Source: Octopus vulgaris
Lineage: Eukaryota
Length of the DNA: 64,000 nt
Direction of reading: 5' to 3'
NCBI GenBank assembly: GCA_951406725.2
Contig: OX597816.1
Span: 176,142,001 to 176,206,000, forward strand
In this document: positions 1 through 12,400 of the stretch, in pieces
How positions within the stretch are numbered: the stretch's first letter is position 1
How the letters are laid out: each line of letters opens with the position of its first letter
The notes under the pieces: generated by a model
The model's input: only the letters and a program-made list of their open reading frames with translations
Told to the model about the DNA's origin: nothing
Database searches by the model: none
Made by a program: the position numbers and the translations under genes

Positions 1-420
1 GCTAGGTATAAAGTTGTCTCCTTATCGCCCAAGACAGCGGTAGGATTCGGTTGCTGCATGGGTGTCTGAGCAGCTCCATTTGGAGAGGGCACTGCTCACC
101 AGGAAGCCGGGAAGGTTCTAGAAAAGGTGAACCAAAAATTGCCTGTCAGTTTAGCACGACTGACGGATGCCCACCCTGCGCTCGAAAAACAAAGAGAATT
201 TTATTTACAAAATCTGGATGAAACTTGAACATTTCATGCTGGTATGTGCGCCCTCTGTTGGATAACTTGAGTGATTGTAATTGATACTCGCGTGCTGAAC
301 CGTTATAACATTGATACAGCTGCACTTTCAGAGACTCGTATACAAGATGATGGACAGCTTGAGGAAGTAGGAGGTGGATACACCTTTATTTAGAAGGGGA
401 GTTAGAAGGGGGAACACAGA
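1..420 (+). mobile_element. RTE-clade LINE 5' fragment (AP-endonuclease N-terminus), decayed
   Basis: Manual translation of ~280-400 gives LNRYNIDTAALSETRIQDDGQLEEVGGGYTF, the AALSETR motif of the RTE/BovB endonuclease. Contains a stop codon and ends at a TA/TG microsatellite. Confidence 0.75.
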
Positions 421-438
421 GATATGGGTATATATATG

Positions 439-469
<31 letters not shown>

Positions 470-693
470 ATTCTTTTGTTCTTTTTTTTTATTTGTTTCA
501 TCATTTGACTGCGACCATGCAGGATTACCGCCTTTAGTGGAACAAATCGATCTCAGGACTTATTCTTTGTACGCCTAGTACTTATTTTATCGGTCTCTTT
601 AGCCGAACCGCTAAGTTACGGGGACGTAAACACACCGAAATCGGTTGTCAAGCGATGGTGGGGGACAAACACAGACGCACAAACATAAACGCG

Positions 694-720
<27 letters not shown>
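470..720 (-). mobile_element. SINE family A, 3' half
   Basis: Matches the reverse complement of the 3' half of the full copy at 23666-24082. Confidence 0.8.
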
Positions 721-737
<17 letters not shown>

Positions 738-890
738 CATATACATACACATATATATATATATGCATATATATATATATATATATATATATAACGGGAA
801 GCTTTATGAAAATAAACAAAAGACGAAGGCAGGTGGAAAACAAACGAACAATTGTATTAGTATGGCGCTCAGGAAATATAAATAAAACAA

Positions 891-930
891 GTCTTTAACG
901 TTTCGAGCCTACGCTCTTCAACAGAAAGAT
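891..930 (-). ncRNA. Minimal type I hammerhead ribozyme (variant core)
   Basis: Minus strand reads tcttt CTGTTGA a gagc-gtag-gctc GAAAC GTT aaaga: stem I tcttt/aaaga, stem II gagc/gctc, palindromic stem III ACGT. Confidence 0.75.
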
Positions 931-1432
931 ACACAGAGAGAGAAAAACACAGAAAGAAGGAGAGAAAAAAATGCGTGCAGTAGCTAACGAATCAACATGG
1001 CGATCTGATTTCGGCCAGAGGTCAAAGATCAAACATGAGACGCGAGAGCGAAATAAGGGGAGATAATAGGGTTGATAAATGGGTTGAGGGACCAGCTAAA
1101 AGTGCGTGGGAGGGGTCTGGATGTGTGTATGTATAGGGTTGGTGTATGTATTAGTATGTATAAGGGTGTGTGTGTGTGTGTGTGTGTGTGTATGAGAGAG
1201 TATTAGTGCGTAAGATTGGTCTGGACGTGCGTATGTATGGGGTTGGTGTATGTATTAGTATGTATTAGTATGTATTAGTACGTATTGGTATGTATAGGTG
1301 TGTGTGTGTGTGTGAGAGAGAGTATAAGTGCGTATGCGGGGTCTGGACGTGTGTATGTATAGGGTTGGTGTAAGTATTAGTATGTACTAGTATGTATTAG
1401 TACGTATTAGTATGTATTAGTTGGTGTGTGTA

Positions 1433-2950
1433 TTAGTATGGCACATCATATGTGATGTGATGTGTAAAGTCATGTGGTGTAGTGAGGAGAAGAGGGGGAG
1501 GGGGAGAAGAGGGGGAGGAGAAGGGGAGGAGAAGGTGGGAGAGGAGAGGATGGGGGAGAAGGAAGGGGATGAGGGGGATGAAGGAGGAAAGAGGGAGAGG
1601 GGGAGAGAGAAGGGGAGAGAGGGAGTGGGGAGCAGAGGGAAGGGGAAGAGGGAGGGAGAAAGAGGGAAGAAGGGAAGGGGAGTAGGGGTGAAAGGATGAA
1701 GGACTGAAGAAGTAGGGGTCGGGGGAGAAAGGATAGGTGAGGAGGGGGGAGAGGGGGTTAGATGAGGAGGGGGAGAGGGGGGTTAGATGAGGAGGGGGAG
1801 AGTTGAGACCAAATGGCGTATAAGAGCGAAGAGAGAAGATTAATTCCTGTTCACGGCGCAAACGGGAATCCGGATGGCCTCTGTGTAAGGACAAACCGAA
1901 CACAGATAGGTGTTGCAAGGAGTGACCGGTGGAACGGAAATGGCGTGAGACCGGTGTGTCGTTCGCAAGGTGGATGTCACGAAGGTGTTCCGCGAACCGG
2001 TCAGCCAAGCGGCGTCCCGTTTGTCCGATGTACAAGGAATTGCAGAGAGAGCAAGAGATGCAATAGATAATATTGCTGGAGGTGCAGGTGAAGGAGTGGA
2101 TGATGGGATAGGGTCGATGGTGGGTGCTAGTGAGGCGGGTGGTGTTGGAGAGGTAAGGGCAAGTGCGGCAACGTGGGCGGGAGCAGGGGAACGAGCCGGG
2201 TTGGGAGGTAGGGTCAGGGAAGGAGCTATGGACCAAAAGGTCTCGAAGGTTGTGGGCTCGTTTGAAAGAGGGGAGGGGTCGGTTAGGGAAGAGGTGTGAA
2301 GTGGACGGGTCGGACTGGAGATGACGGAAAGCTCGAAGAATGGTGCGTTGGAGACGTAGGGTCGTGGGGTGGTAAGTGAGGGGAAAAGGGAGGCGGGAGA
2401 CTACAGGGCGGGTTCGGGGAGAGAGAGCAGATACACGGTCCACGGACCGTGCTCTGGCAAGGGCGGTGTGGATAGTGGTGAGGGGGTATCCACGTAGGGT
2501 GAAGTGGTGAGCCATACGTTGAGACTGAGTCTCAAAGTCATGGTCGTCACTACAGAGCCTACGTAGACGGAGGAATTGGGAATAGGGGATGGAAAGCTTG
2601 GTGTGTTCTGGGTGGGAGGAAGAGAAGTTGAGGTATGAGTGTGAGTCTGTGTGTTTGTAGTGAATGGAGGTGGTAAGAGTGGAGTGAAGAATGCTAACCG
2701 AAATGTCGAGGAAGGAGACAGAGGTGTTGGAGATAGTGGAAGTGAAGTGGAGGGCTGGATGGAAAGATTGGACGAAAGAGAGGAAGGAATCTAGATGTTC
2801 GCGGGAGAGTGAGGTGGCACCGATAATGTCGTCAATATAACGACCATATAGTTCAGGAGTGGGACCAGTGAAATTAGAGAATATTTGGGCCTCAACATAG
2901 CCAACGAACAGGTTCGCATAGTTGGGGCCCATTCGCGTTCCCATGGCCAC
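1433..2950 (-). CDS. Penelope-like RT + GIY-YIG endonuclease (partial)
   Basis: Motifs GVAMGTRMGPNYANLF, RYIDDI, SFLDI, SSHP, Cys-rich linker PCSRPRCRTC, NIIYCISCSLC-YIGQTGRRLADRFAEH. C-terminus runs into low-complexity purine/pyrimidine sequence. Confidence 0.92.
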   Translation of the reverse strand: MAMGTRMGPNYANLFVGYVEAQIFSNFTGPTPELYGRYIDDIIGATSLSREHLDSFLSFVQSFHPALHFTSTISNTSVSFLDISVSILHSTLTTSIHYKHTDSHSYLNFSSSHPEHTKLSIPYSQFLRLRRLCSDDHDFETQSQRMAHHFTLRGYPLTTIHTALARARSVDRVSALSPRTRPVVSRLPFPLTYHPTTLRLQRTILRAFRHLQSDPSTSHLFPNRPLPSFKRAHNLRDLLVHSSFPDPTSQPGSFPCSRPRCRTCPYLSNTTRLTSTHHRPYPIIHSFTCTSSNIIYCISCSLCNSLYIGQTGRRLADRFAEHLRDIHLANDTPVSRHFRSTGHSLQHLSVFGLSLHRGHPDSRLRREQELIFSLRSYTPFGLNSPPPHLTPLSPSSSNPLSPLLTYPFSPDPYFFSPSSFHPYSPSLLPSFSLPLPLPSAPHSLSPLLSPPLPLSSFIPLIPFLLPHPLLSHLLLPFSSPSSPPPPLLLTTPHDFTHHITYDVPY

Positions 2951-3120
2951 TCCCGAGACCTGATGGTAGAACTCGCCCGCGAACGAGAAGCAGTTCAGAG
3001 TAAGGACAAGTTCGGCCAGACGAATGAGTGTGGAGGTGTCAGGTACAGGGTTAGAGCGGAGGTCAAGAAAGTGTCGAAGGGCCTGCAGTCCTTCGTGGTG
3101 AGGGATATATATATATATAT

Positions 3121-3891
3121 GATCTTTTCCTTTTGAACGGCAGTTTTCAACACAATTTCTAGTTAACTAAACACTTTTAAACTTCGTATACTTGTAGAAT
3201 GTGTCAAAATAAAACATTTTTTTTCTCTTGGCTTTCTCGAGAAAATTGTAATTTGTAAGTTTAACGTAGTTTAATTTTTCGAATTTTAACCAATCTATTG
3301 ACCTAAAATCATTTGCTGCGTCTAAAACTGAGACAACATCTTGTCACTAACCCTTACTCTAACCCTAACCCTCACCCTAAATTTTAGCCTTTCGTTTTTT
3401 TTTCTTAATTGTTAAATTAATTTAATTGTTACACGTGTGTCTAAAATTATTCGTTTTGTTTTTGTTTTGAGTTTTTGCTTTCGTTTTAGCCTTTCATTTT
3501 TTTTTTCTTAATTGTTAAATTAAAATTATTTTCCATTGCTTTCGTTTTAGCCCTTCGTGTTTTTTTTCTTAATTGTTATCCTTAAATCAATTTAACAATT
3601 AAGAAAAAAAAACGAAAGGCTAAAATTTAGGGTTAGGATTAGGGTGAGGGTTAGGGTTAGTGACAGGATGTTATCTGTTTTAGACGCAGCAAATGATTTT
3701 AGGTCAATAGAGGGCATAGGATTGGTTAAAATTCGAAAAATTAAACTACGTTAAACTTACAAATTACAATTTTCTCGAGAAAGCCAAGAGAAAAAAAATG
3801 TTTTAGTTTGACACATTCTACCAGTATACGAAGTTTAAAATTGTTTAGTTAACTAGAAATTGTGTTGAAAACTGCCGTTCAAAAGGAAAAG

Positions 3892-3894
<3 letters not shown>
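3121..3894. mobile_element. Foldback/MITE with ~300-bp terminal inverted repeats
   Basis: 3121-3420 is the near-perfect reverse complement of 3590-3894 (gatcttttccttttgaacggcag...ctgccgttcaaaaggaaaagatc). TA-flanked, no ORF. Confidence 0.9.
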
Positions 3895-3957
<63 letters not shown>

Positions 3958-3958
<1 letters not shown>

Positions 3959-4846
3959 TAGCTGGTGTACCCGGTAATTCCCGGGGGTAAAGATGTTCTA
4001 TTGAAACGTCTTATTACTCTGATATAAGAAAACAAAAGGGCGATTAATGTATACTTTTGACTTGAGGTATTCCCAGAGAAAAAAATCGCACGGATTTAAA
4101 TCAGGTGAACGGGCGGGCCAACCGATGTCACCACGCAATGAGATCAAATGACCAGGGAACATATTCCTCAAAATCCCCATCGCACGATCTATTGAACAAC
4201 TTAAAGATGCAATTCGTCAAGAAATTACTGCCATTCCACATGAAATGACCCGCCGAGTTATTGACAACTTTCGTGAACGCCTTCGACAGTGTGTGGACAA
4301 TAATGGATCCCATTTGACTGATTTAATTTTTAAAACATAATGAAACAAAATGGCATTATATGTACTTTTCAAAAATAAAAACACTTTTTTGTTTCTTTAC
4401 TTCATTTGCCTTTTATTTAAACTACAAATGTGTCAGATCATTTTGCCTGACCCTGTATATGTAAGAGTAGTCTGAGAGCTTGAGCGCACGTGCATTCTAC
4501 ATGATGTCGTCAGTCGTCAATAATTATTTAACAACCCTAATACCCACGCAGAAAGCGAAAAATGGAAAAACAAAAAGACTTACTTGATCGGGAATCAATA
4601 GATAGTGGAGGAAAACGGGTGTTGCACTGAATCTTGTCAATAAGAATGAATTAAAAGCATTAAAAAGTGAATCAACGATCAACTAATAGATAATCGTTAA
4701 TGTTTTTAAAAGCCATCTTAAGTGATCGTCAATGACGGTATTATCATCACTTGGTTATGCTAACACAAGCAGTATACCAACCAAACTAGTCAGTCTTGTA
4801 TTTTCTTTCACTTAATTGCATCCTTAGTAAGAATTTTATATAAGTA
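3958..4846 (-). mobile_element. Non-autonomous Helitron-like element carrying a mariner fragment
   Basis: CTAG end with subterminal hairpin cccgg-taatt-cccggg at 3958-3986. The far boundary is uncertain. Confidence 0.55.
4038..4455. mobile_element. Tc1/mariner transposase 3' fragment plus TIR
   Basis: WPARSPDLNPCDFFLW on the minus strand (4038-4180). C-terminus RSIEQLKDAIRQEI...FRERLRQCVDNNGSH on the plus strand (4181-4320). TIR-like end ...gaccctg|TA. Confidence 0.85.
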
Positions 4847-5000
4847 GCTGTGTGGTAAGAAGGTTGCTTCCTAATCACGTGGTTCTGGGTTCAGTGCCAC
4901 TGCGTGGCACCTTGCGCAAAGTGTTTTTTACTATAGCCTCGGGCAGACCAAAGCCTTGTGAGTGGATTTGGTAGGCGGAAACTGAAAGAAGCCCATCGTA
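4846..5000 (+). mobile_element. SINE family A, 5' part
   Basis: tRNA-like A/B box head matching the copy at 23666. Confidence 0.75.
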
Positions 5001-5012
5001 TATATATATATA

Positions 5013-5397
5013 CTAGCAGTATCGCCCGGCGTTGCTCAGGTTTGTAAGGGAAATAACTATAAAGCATTTTTAGAGAGTTATAGCCAAAAAATAGCAAAAA
5101 AATGGAAAAAAATGATGGTAAATTTTTTTTTGAGATTTAAAAAAGGTGGAGTTGCGTCTCCTAGACAGTTTGTTGTTCGTGTTTCTGATTCTCGACCCCA
5201 TGTCGAATTTATCGATTTTCTTCAGAACTGGGGGAACTTTTCAAAATTTTCGCTGCGTTAGTTTTGAATTATGACATTGGGCTATGTGTGTGTCAAGTTT
5301 CATCAGAATCGGTTGAAAGCCGTGGTCAGGGTGAGGGTACAAGCAAACAGACACACAGAAACACGCACAGACAAACTGCCGTTTATATATAGAGAGA
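5013..5397 (-). mobile_element. Non-autonomous Helitron
   Basis: Minus strand starts TC(TCTATATATAAAC), ends with hairpin + CTAG, inserted between A and T. Shares sequence with 56082-56590 and 58245-59072. Confidence 0.85.
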
Positions 5398-5484
5398 TAT
5401 ACGATGTTGCTTTGTTTTACTGGGAAGCAATACTACTGTATTGCACTATTTGATAATTTATATATATATATGTATGTATGTATG

Positions 5485-5535
<51 letters not shown>

Positions 5536-5538
5536 GTA

Positions 5539-5635
<97 letters not shown>

Positions 5636-5847
5636 TCTCGATACAAGGAAAACAATTCACGAGAAAAATTATTCTCGACAAATTTATTTGCTAAGATATT
5701 ATTAATTTTGTTATTATCTGGAATGGCTATTTTTAAAAATGATAATAACAGAATCAATAATATAGGCGAATGCAGGCCCAAGAACAGCATTAAATAGCTG
5801 AAGGGTTAAAATTAATCAAAGGACATACTTAGCATGTCCTTTGATTA

Positions 5848-5908
<61 letters not shown>

Positions 5909-5910
<2 letters not shown>

Positions 5911-6060
5911 GAAGTAAGCACATAAATGTGAAACAAGGTGGTAAAAAGAGTACTCAAATACCAGAGGTAGAGTAATATGCTTTATTTAAAAGCAGCAGAA
6001 ATATCACAAAAACTGTTACTCAGAGTTTCACGTCCCGTTCGACGGATAGTTTTGTTAGAA
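5909..6060 (-). mobile_element. PLE terminal repeat with degenerate hammerhead (6006-6056)
   Basis: Minus strand: caaaactat CCGTCGA acg-gga-cgt GAAAC tctga GTA acagtttttg. A second copy at 50368-50512 is truncated within the motif. Confidence 0.65.
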
Positions 6061-6764
6061 TAGAACAGAAATGATGATATAATCAAACAAAAGCAAAAAG
6101 AAGCTAGTTTAAAGGATACACCTTTGAAAATGGTTTTGTTTCATTCGTCCTTTCAACTAACGGTCTTAAGCATGCAATGAACAAAATAAATTCAGTATAA
6201 ATTTATCCTATTGTAAAATCGAAGAAAACCTCGGACAGATTTGAAATACATATGGTAGGTAATCATATACGAAATATATGTCGATTCATACATTAAAATT
6301 AAAATTTAAAATGTTTCACGCAATATTACATAAATATTTTCAGCAGTAAATACGCATTCTAGACCATCTATAATATGCATATATACACCAAAATACACAG
6401 ATGCATGTACATAGTTATATATATATTTAGACATTCACGTATTTGATATACATATTTTAAACTTAAATTTATACACAAATATTTGTATTTGTGTATATTT
6501 TTATCTTTTAATCTTTTACTCTTTTATGTATTATTTGTGTAGCACACAGTCTTTTCATGTGGATGTATTCTTATAAAACTCCCTTTTGATTTGGAATAAA
6601 TAGACATAATAGAATGTCTACCGGCTGATGTATGTCATTTTTGTATCCCCTCCATTTTCTTTTTGCCATATAAATTAAGAGTAAACCACTTTTTACCCCC
6701 ACCCATATATGACACTCGATTGCGAAATTGCCACGCAATAACCAGCACTTTGGTATTAATAATT

Positions 6765-6995
6765 GGTGAGCTGGCAGAAACGTTAGCACGCCGGACGAAA
6801 TGCGTATCCGTATTTCGACTGCCGTTACGTTCTGAGTTCAAATTCCGCCGAGGTCGACTTTGCCTTTCATCCTTTCGGGGTCGATGAATCAAGTACCAGT
6901 TTCGCACTGGGGTCGATGTAATGGACTTAATCTGTTTGTCTGTCCTTGTTTGTCCCTTCTATGTTTAGCCCCTTGTGGGTAGTAAAGAAATAGGT
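6765..6995 (+). mobile_element. SINE family B
   Basis: gagctggcagaaacgttagcacgccgg head, B box GAGTTCAAATTCC, TSD ggtattaataatt on both sides. Confidence 0.9.
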
Positions 6996-7282
6996 ATTAA
7001 TAATTGGGCACTCTACCAGCAGTATATTGGATAGGTACCATCCCTTAGTCGGTTGGCTTCCCAACCTCTAACTTCCACCGAAATATATATATATATGTAC
7101 ACACACACACGTATATTCATAATTTTCTTGTACTGTTGGAGTAACGCTTTGAAGAATTTTCAGTAGAATGAATCGATCCCAGTACTTATTCTTTTAAAGC
7201 TTGGTACTTATTCATTAGGTGTCTTTTGCCAAACCACTAATTTACGGGGAAGCAAACACAACAATACAAGTTGTCAAGAGGT

Positions 7283-7585
7283 GGGGTGCATGGCTTAGTG
7301 GTTAAGGTGCTGCACTCACAATTGCGAGATCGCGGGTTAAATTCCCAGACCGGGCGTTGCGTTGTGTTCTTGAGCAAAGAACTTCATTTCACGTTGCTCT
7401 ACGATGATTTCGACATCTGACATGTGGCACCCGTTGCATATGTACAAGTAATGTCGATGTGATGGATTAAGTGAGCTTATGTCTACACGAACAAATCATA
7501 TACACTATAAACAAATCATATGTGTAGTTGTTCGGTAAGAAATTATCGAATCGTCATACGTCGTCTAACGACTGGAGAGTCCATT
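7283..7585 (+). mobile_element. tRNA-derived SINE related to family C
   Basis: A box TGGCTTAGTGGT and B-box-like GGGTTAAATTCCC. Head similar to 62232. Confidence 0.7.
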
Positions 7586-7649
7586 ATTATAATATATTTA
7601 GATATAGACATACACACACATACACGCGCGCGGACACACATACACACAC

Positions 7650-8779
7650 ACGCACACATGACAGAAGTAAATAGACACCCCTATAATCATTAAAATTTAT
7701 TTAAATCTGAAATTATACATTAGGCATGTTACTGACCAGATTTCGAATATTCTCTTGCGGAATTTCCTGCCAAGTTTCATGTAGTAATCTCAAAAGATAT
7801 GGCTTTGAAGATGCCTTCTTACTCTTTTTATGAAGTGTCCTGTCCATTATGTCCCACGGGTGTTCAATAGGATTCATAACTGGTGACTGGCTTGAGCATG
7901 GAAGATTTTTAATGCCATTCCCATCCAACAACTCTTGGGTCATTTTAGCCGTGTGACAAGGGGCCCCATCTTCCATAAATAAAGTCTTCTTCAATAATTT
8001 CACCACTGGAAAAGATAGGAAGGAGTCCTTTCTGAAATTTGGACACATATTTATCTGAGTTAATATTTTCCTCACACTCCAGCAGCTCTGATCAACCATT
8101 GCTCCAAATTGCTTTCCAGACCATCACATTATAGCTGCCGTATTTCATTGCTGCCTGCAATCATTTCACATCAAATTCTTGATCACAGACCCACACTCGA
8201 CCACTGTTAGGAAATACAGCAAATTTGGATCATCAGAGAATATGACAGTGTCTCAAAATGCTAGTGGTCTCTCCACCATCTCACCGGCCCAATCTTTTCT
8301 CCGCTTGATGTTAGCTGGTCGAATAAGTGGTTTCTTTCTTGCTGCTTTGCCATAATAACCAAGTTTGTGGAGATGCCTGAGAGCTGTTCTGGGACTGACA
8401 TCAACTTGTTCTGCTATGTCAGAGGCCTTGCAACGAGGATTATCCTCCACACTTCTCTTAGCAAAGAGAATGTCTCTGTCAGAGGGCCCTGGTTGATCTG
8501 TGTGAGGTGATGTGGATTCCTTCCCCTCTCTGGTGAATTGCACAATCATTCTATTAACTGTTGAAATCGGGATCCCAAGGTTTTTCTGTGATTTTACGCT
8601 GACTATATCCACCTTCAGAATGACCCACAATAGACCTCTTTGAAATTAAGACAGTTCCAAGGCTTTTTTGCACATGGCATGATTAAATAGTCACATATAG
8701 AACCTGTATATATATAAGCCATTACAAACATATAACGCTGTTTTATGGGATGTCTATTTACTTCTGTCGTGTCAGTGTA
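7650..8779 (-). mobile_element. Tc1-like DNA transposon, decayed
   Basis: TIRs gacagaagtaaatagacaccc / gggatgtctatttacttctgtc. Broken transposase with HTH region, ARKKPLI, VIFSDDP, FMEDGAPCHTA, SPVMNPIEH. Confidence 0.9.
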
Positions 8780-8801
8780 CATACATACATACATACATAC
8801 A

Positions 8802-8837
<36 letters not shown>

Positions 8838-9079
8838 TAGGGAAAAATAAATTCAAAAGAGAACAATTCAAACTTTTTGAGAGGTTCAAAAAGAGAAAGA
8901 ATGATTTCTAATAAAGATTCATCATATTCATAAAAAACAGCCAGAGCACGTAATAAGAATATGAAAATAGTAGTTGAAAAATATCGTTATAGGTATAAAT
9001 ATACCATAAACAATTATAGAAAAATGGAGGAGAAAAAGATGTTGAATCAAAATTAGATTTGATACAAAATAGGATTCAA

Positions 9080-9179
9080 TACATACGCTTGTTTCAAAGG
9101 ACAATACAAATATGTAAGAAACATATTATAACCATACTAATTATAATTAAATTTATGCATTGTCATTTTCATCAGTGTG
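9080..9179 (-). ncRNA. Type I hammerhead ribozyme with long stem II
   Basis: Minus strand: aca CTGATGA aaatgacaat...attgtccttt GAAAC aagc GTA tgt. Confidence 0.7.
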
Positions 9180-9419
9180 AGGAATTTTTGTAAGAACATC
9201 AAAAAAGGTTCAATAAAATAAAGTAAAATAAGATACAATAAGGGAGAATACAAATGGGGTAATAGGGGGAAAATGACGCCGGCCGATCTTATCTGATCGA
9301 TGTATTTTCCTTGTTAAGTTCTCTCTGGTTTTTTTCTCAGCATGTATGTACATTTTTTATTTTAATATTGTAACTTTTTTTCAAATATAGTCTTGCCTGT
9401 GACTTTTTAGCCTCGTGTC

Positions 9420-9475
<56 letters not shown>

Positions 9476-9478
<3 letters not shown>

Positions 9479-12400
9479 TTTTTTCAATATTAATATATAT
9501 TGATGTATTCCAACGTCGGACTGTTATTACGTCCACTCCAGTATAGCAGTATAGTTAGATAAGACACGACTATCTATGACCAACTACCGCCGACTTTTCT
9601 ATGTTACAGTATTTGTAACGACAACACATGCCACTCGTCACTTGGGAGGGGTGTTACATTATTATTATTATTATTATCCCCATAACATCTCCCCTTTTAA
9701 GTTTTTCTTTTTTCTTAGGGAGTGTAATTTTATTTCTTTTTATTAGCAACAATTTTTACATCACGCCACCTCCATTTTTTGAGCTTTTCTTTTTTTTTTT
9801 TTACACAGTTACAAATTTAATATTTCTTTCGTTTGGCATCCACTTCCAGGAACTCCGTACATTTTCTTTTTCTTTCGCGAAAAATACTATACGTGGTAAA
9901 AGGAAAAAGAGGGGTATACAAGAATCAACCAAAAAAAAAAAAAGATTCTTGGTTCAATTATTTGTAGTGGTGTTGATACTTGAAAATTATCATATAACCA
10001 TTCCATTGGTTCTTCCATTCTCTTGGGTCCGTTCTCAACGAATCTTTTTTTTTATTGATTCATGTGTCTCTTGTATACCCCTCTTCTTCCTTTTACCACG
10101 TATAGCGTTTTTCCTATGCGTTTGGTAATCATGTCATCTTCCCAGCCTTGTTTTCCGGTTCTCATATGCCCTAAAAAATATATTTTCACCAATTTTGGAA
10201 TATCTTGCTGTATTATCCATTGCAATTTTTCTTTTCTTACCAGGTAATAATTTGTCGAAGTCTGATTTTATTTCCCTCGCAAGCATCAGCTCCGCTGGTG
10301 GCATACCTGTTGGTGTGTTTGGATTTGGTGTCACTCTTAAGAATTGTTGTAGAGCTATCTCATCCGTGACTTCCTCATTCGACATTCTTAGGACTCTCTT
10401 GAACGTATTGACAAAGCGTTCTGCTTGTCCGTTAGATCTGGGATGGTACGACGCCGTAGTTACATGTTCTACGGTGAACGTTTTACAAAACTGTTTAAAC
10501 TCTAAACACACAAACTGCGTTCCACTGTCAGATACTATTGTGTCTGGGACGCCAAATCTCGCAAACAGCTCGTGTAGAAAGTTTGTCGTAGTAGAGGAGG
10601 TTTTTTTTTACACTTACACATTTCTGGCAATTTAGAGAAACTATCTACTACCACTATGTAATATGAACCATTTAAGGGAGCAGCGAATTCGATGTGTAGT
10701 CTCGACCACGGAACACCTGCTTTTGGCCAAGGGTCACTTCTTATCGGCGGTAGTTTTGCCGCTAGAGCACATCGTCTGCAGCCTTTCACTAAATTTTCGA
10801 TTTCTCTATCCATTTTTGGTCAGTACACGTAGCTACACATTAAAGCTTTCACCCTCGAACTACCAGGATGGCCATCATGGAATTCCCTCAACATTTTCTT
10901 TTGCGGTGCTTCAGGTATTACTACTCTCTGTGCATACGCCATCATAAATTGAATATAGGTTCATGTCTTGAATATAGGTTCATGTCGTTTTGAACCAATC
11001 CTGTTCTGATTTACTTTTCTTGTCCGCAGCATTTATTTCATTTCTGCTACGAATTTGTTCTTTTTCGCATTTCGTTTTGTCTTCCAGGGTCACCGGTAAT
11101 TCGCGTACCACATTCTACATTACATTTTGCTTTTATTTCTCCTTCTGATCTTAATGTCGCAATTACCGCATCTTCAAATGGCTTGCAGTATTTCGGTATC
11201 AGTCTGGACAAACTATCGGCATGCGCTAGTTTTTTGACGGTAAATAGTCCATTTTGTAATCATAATTCAATAATGTTGTGCCCCATCGCTGTAGTCTATT
11301 CGCTGTGTGTGTCGGTATTCCTTTTTTAGAACCGTATATTGAGAGTAGTGGGTAATGATCCGTTTGTAGATAGAAACTTCTTCCATTAATAAATCTACGA
11401 AATTTTTTCACACTGAATATGATTGATAACGCTTCCCTTTTTATTTGACTATAGTTCCTTTCTGCTGGTAATAACGATCGTGACGTATGGGCTGTAGCTT
11501 TTTAACTCCTATCGTCATATTTGTGCAGAATTACTCCTCCTGCATCGTAATCAGTCGCATCTGTAGCCAATATGATATTCAGCTTCGGATCAAGATGCGT
11601 TAAAGATAAGTTCGATGTTAAAATGTTTTTTATTCGTCAAATGCCTTCTAGCACTTACCAGTCCAGCACCATTTTGCATTTTTCTTTAACAAATCATTGA
11701 GCGAGGACCTTACATTACTCTTTACTCTTTTACTCTTTTACTTGTCTCAGTCATTTGACTGCCGCCATGCTGGAGCACCGCCTTTTGTCGAGCAAATCGA
11801 CCCCGGGACTTATTCTTTGTAAGCCCAGTACTTATTCTATCGGCCTCTTTTGCCGAACCGCTAAGTAACGGGGACGTAAACACACCAGCATCGGTTGTCA
11901 AGCAATGCTATGGAGACAAACACAGACACACAAATATATACACACACACACATATATATATACATATATACGACAGGCTTCTTTCAGTTTCCGTCTACCA
12001 AATCCACTCACAAGGCATTGGTCGGCCCGGGGCTATAGCAGAAGACACCTGCCCAAGATGCCACACAGTGGGACTGAACCCAGAACCATGTGGTTGGTTA
12101 GCAAGCTACTTACCACACAGCCACTCCTGCGCCTACATTGTGTATATTGAGAATATAATTTTGGCAGTAATTTACTAATCCCAAGAATGCATGTTGCATA
12201 GTCACATAATTCGGCGTGGGCATATTTTTTACTGCAGTTGCTTTGGATGGATTCGGTTTCCGTCCGTTTTTATCTGTTATCTGGCCCGAGTGTTTAATTC
12301 TTTCGGAAAGAACTCCCATTTTTCTTCGCTTATATTTTCATATCTTTTCGTTTACCCTTCTCGAATACCCTTTTTACGTGTTCTACACGTTGTTCGTGTG

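Larger units (their letters stand above)
793..3104 (-). mobile_element. Penelope-like retroelement, 5'-truncated
   Basis: RT + GIY-YIG ORF followed by a 3' region containing a hammerhead motif. Flanked by (TA)n on both sides. Confidence 0.92.
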
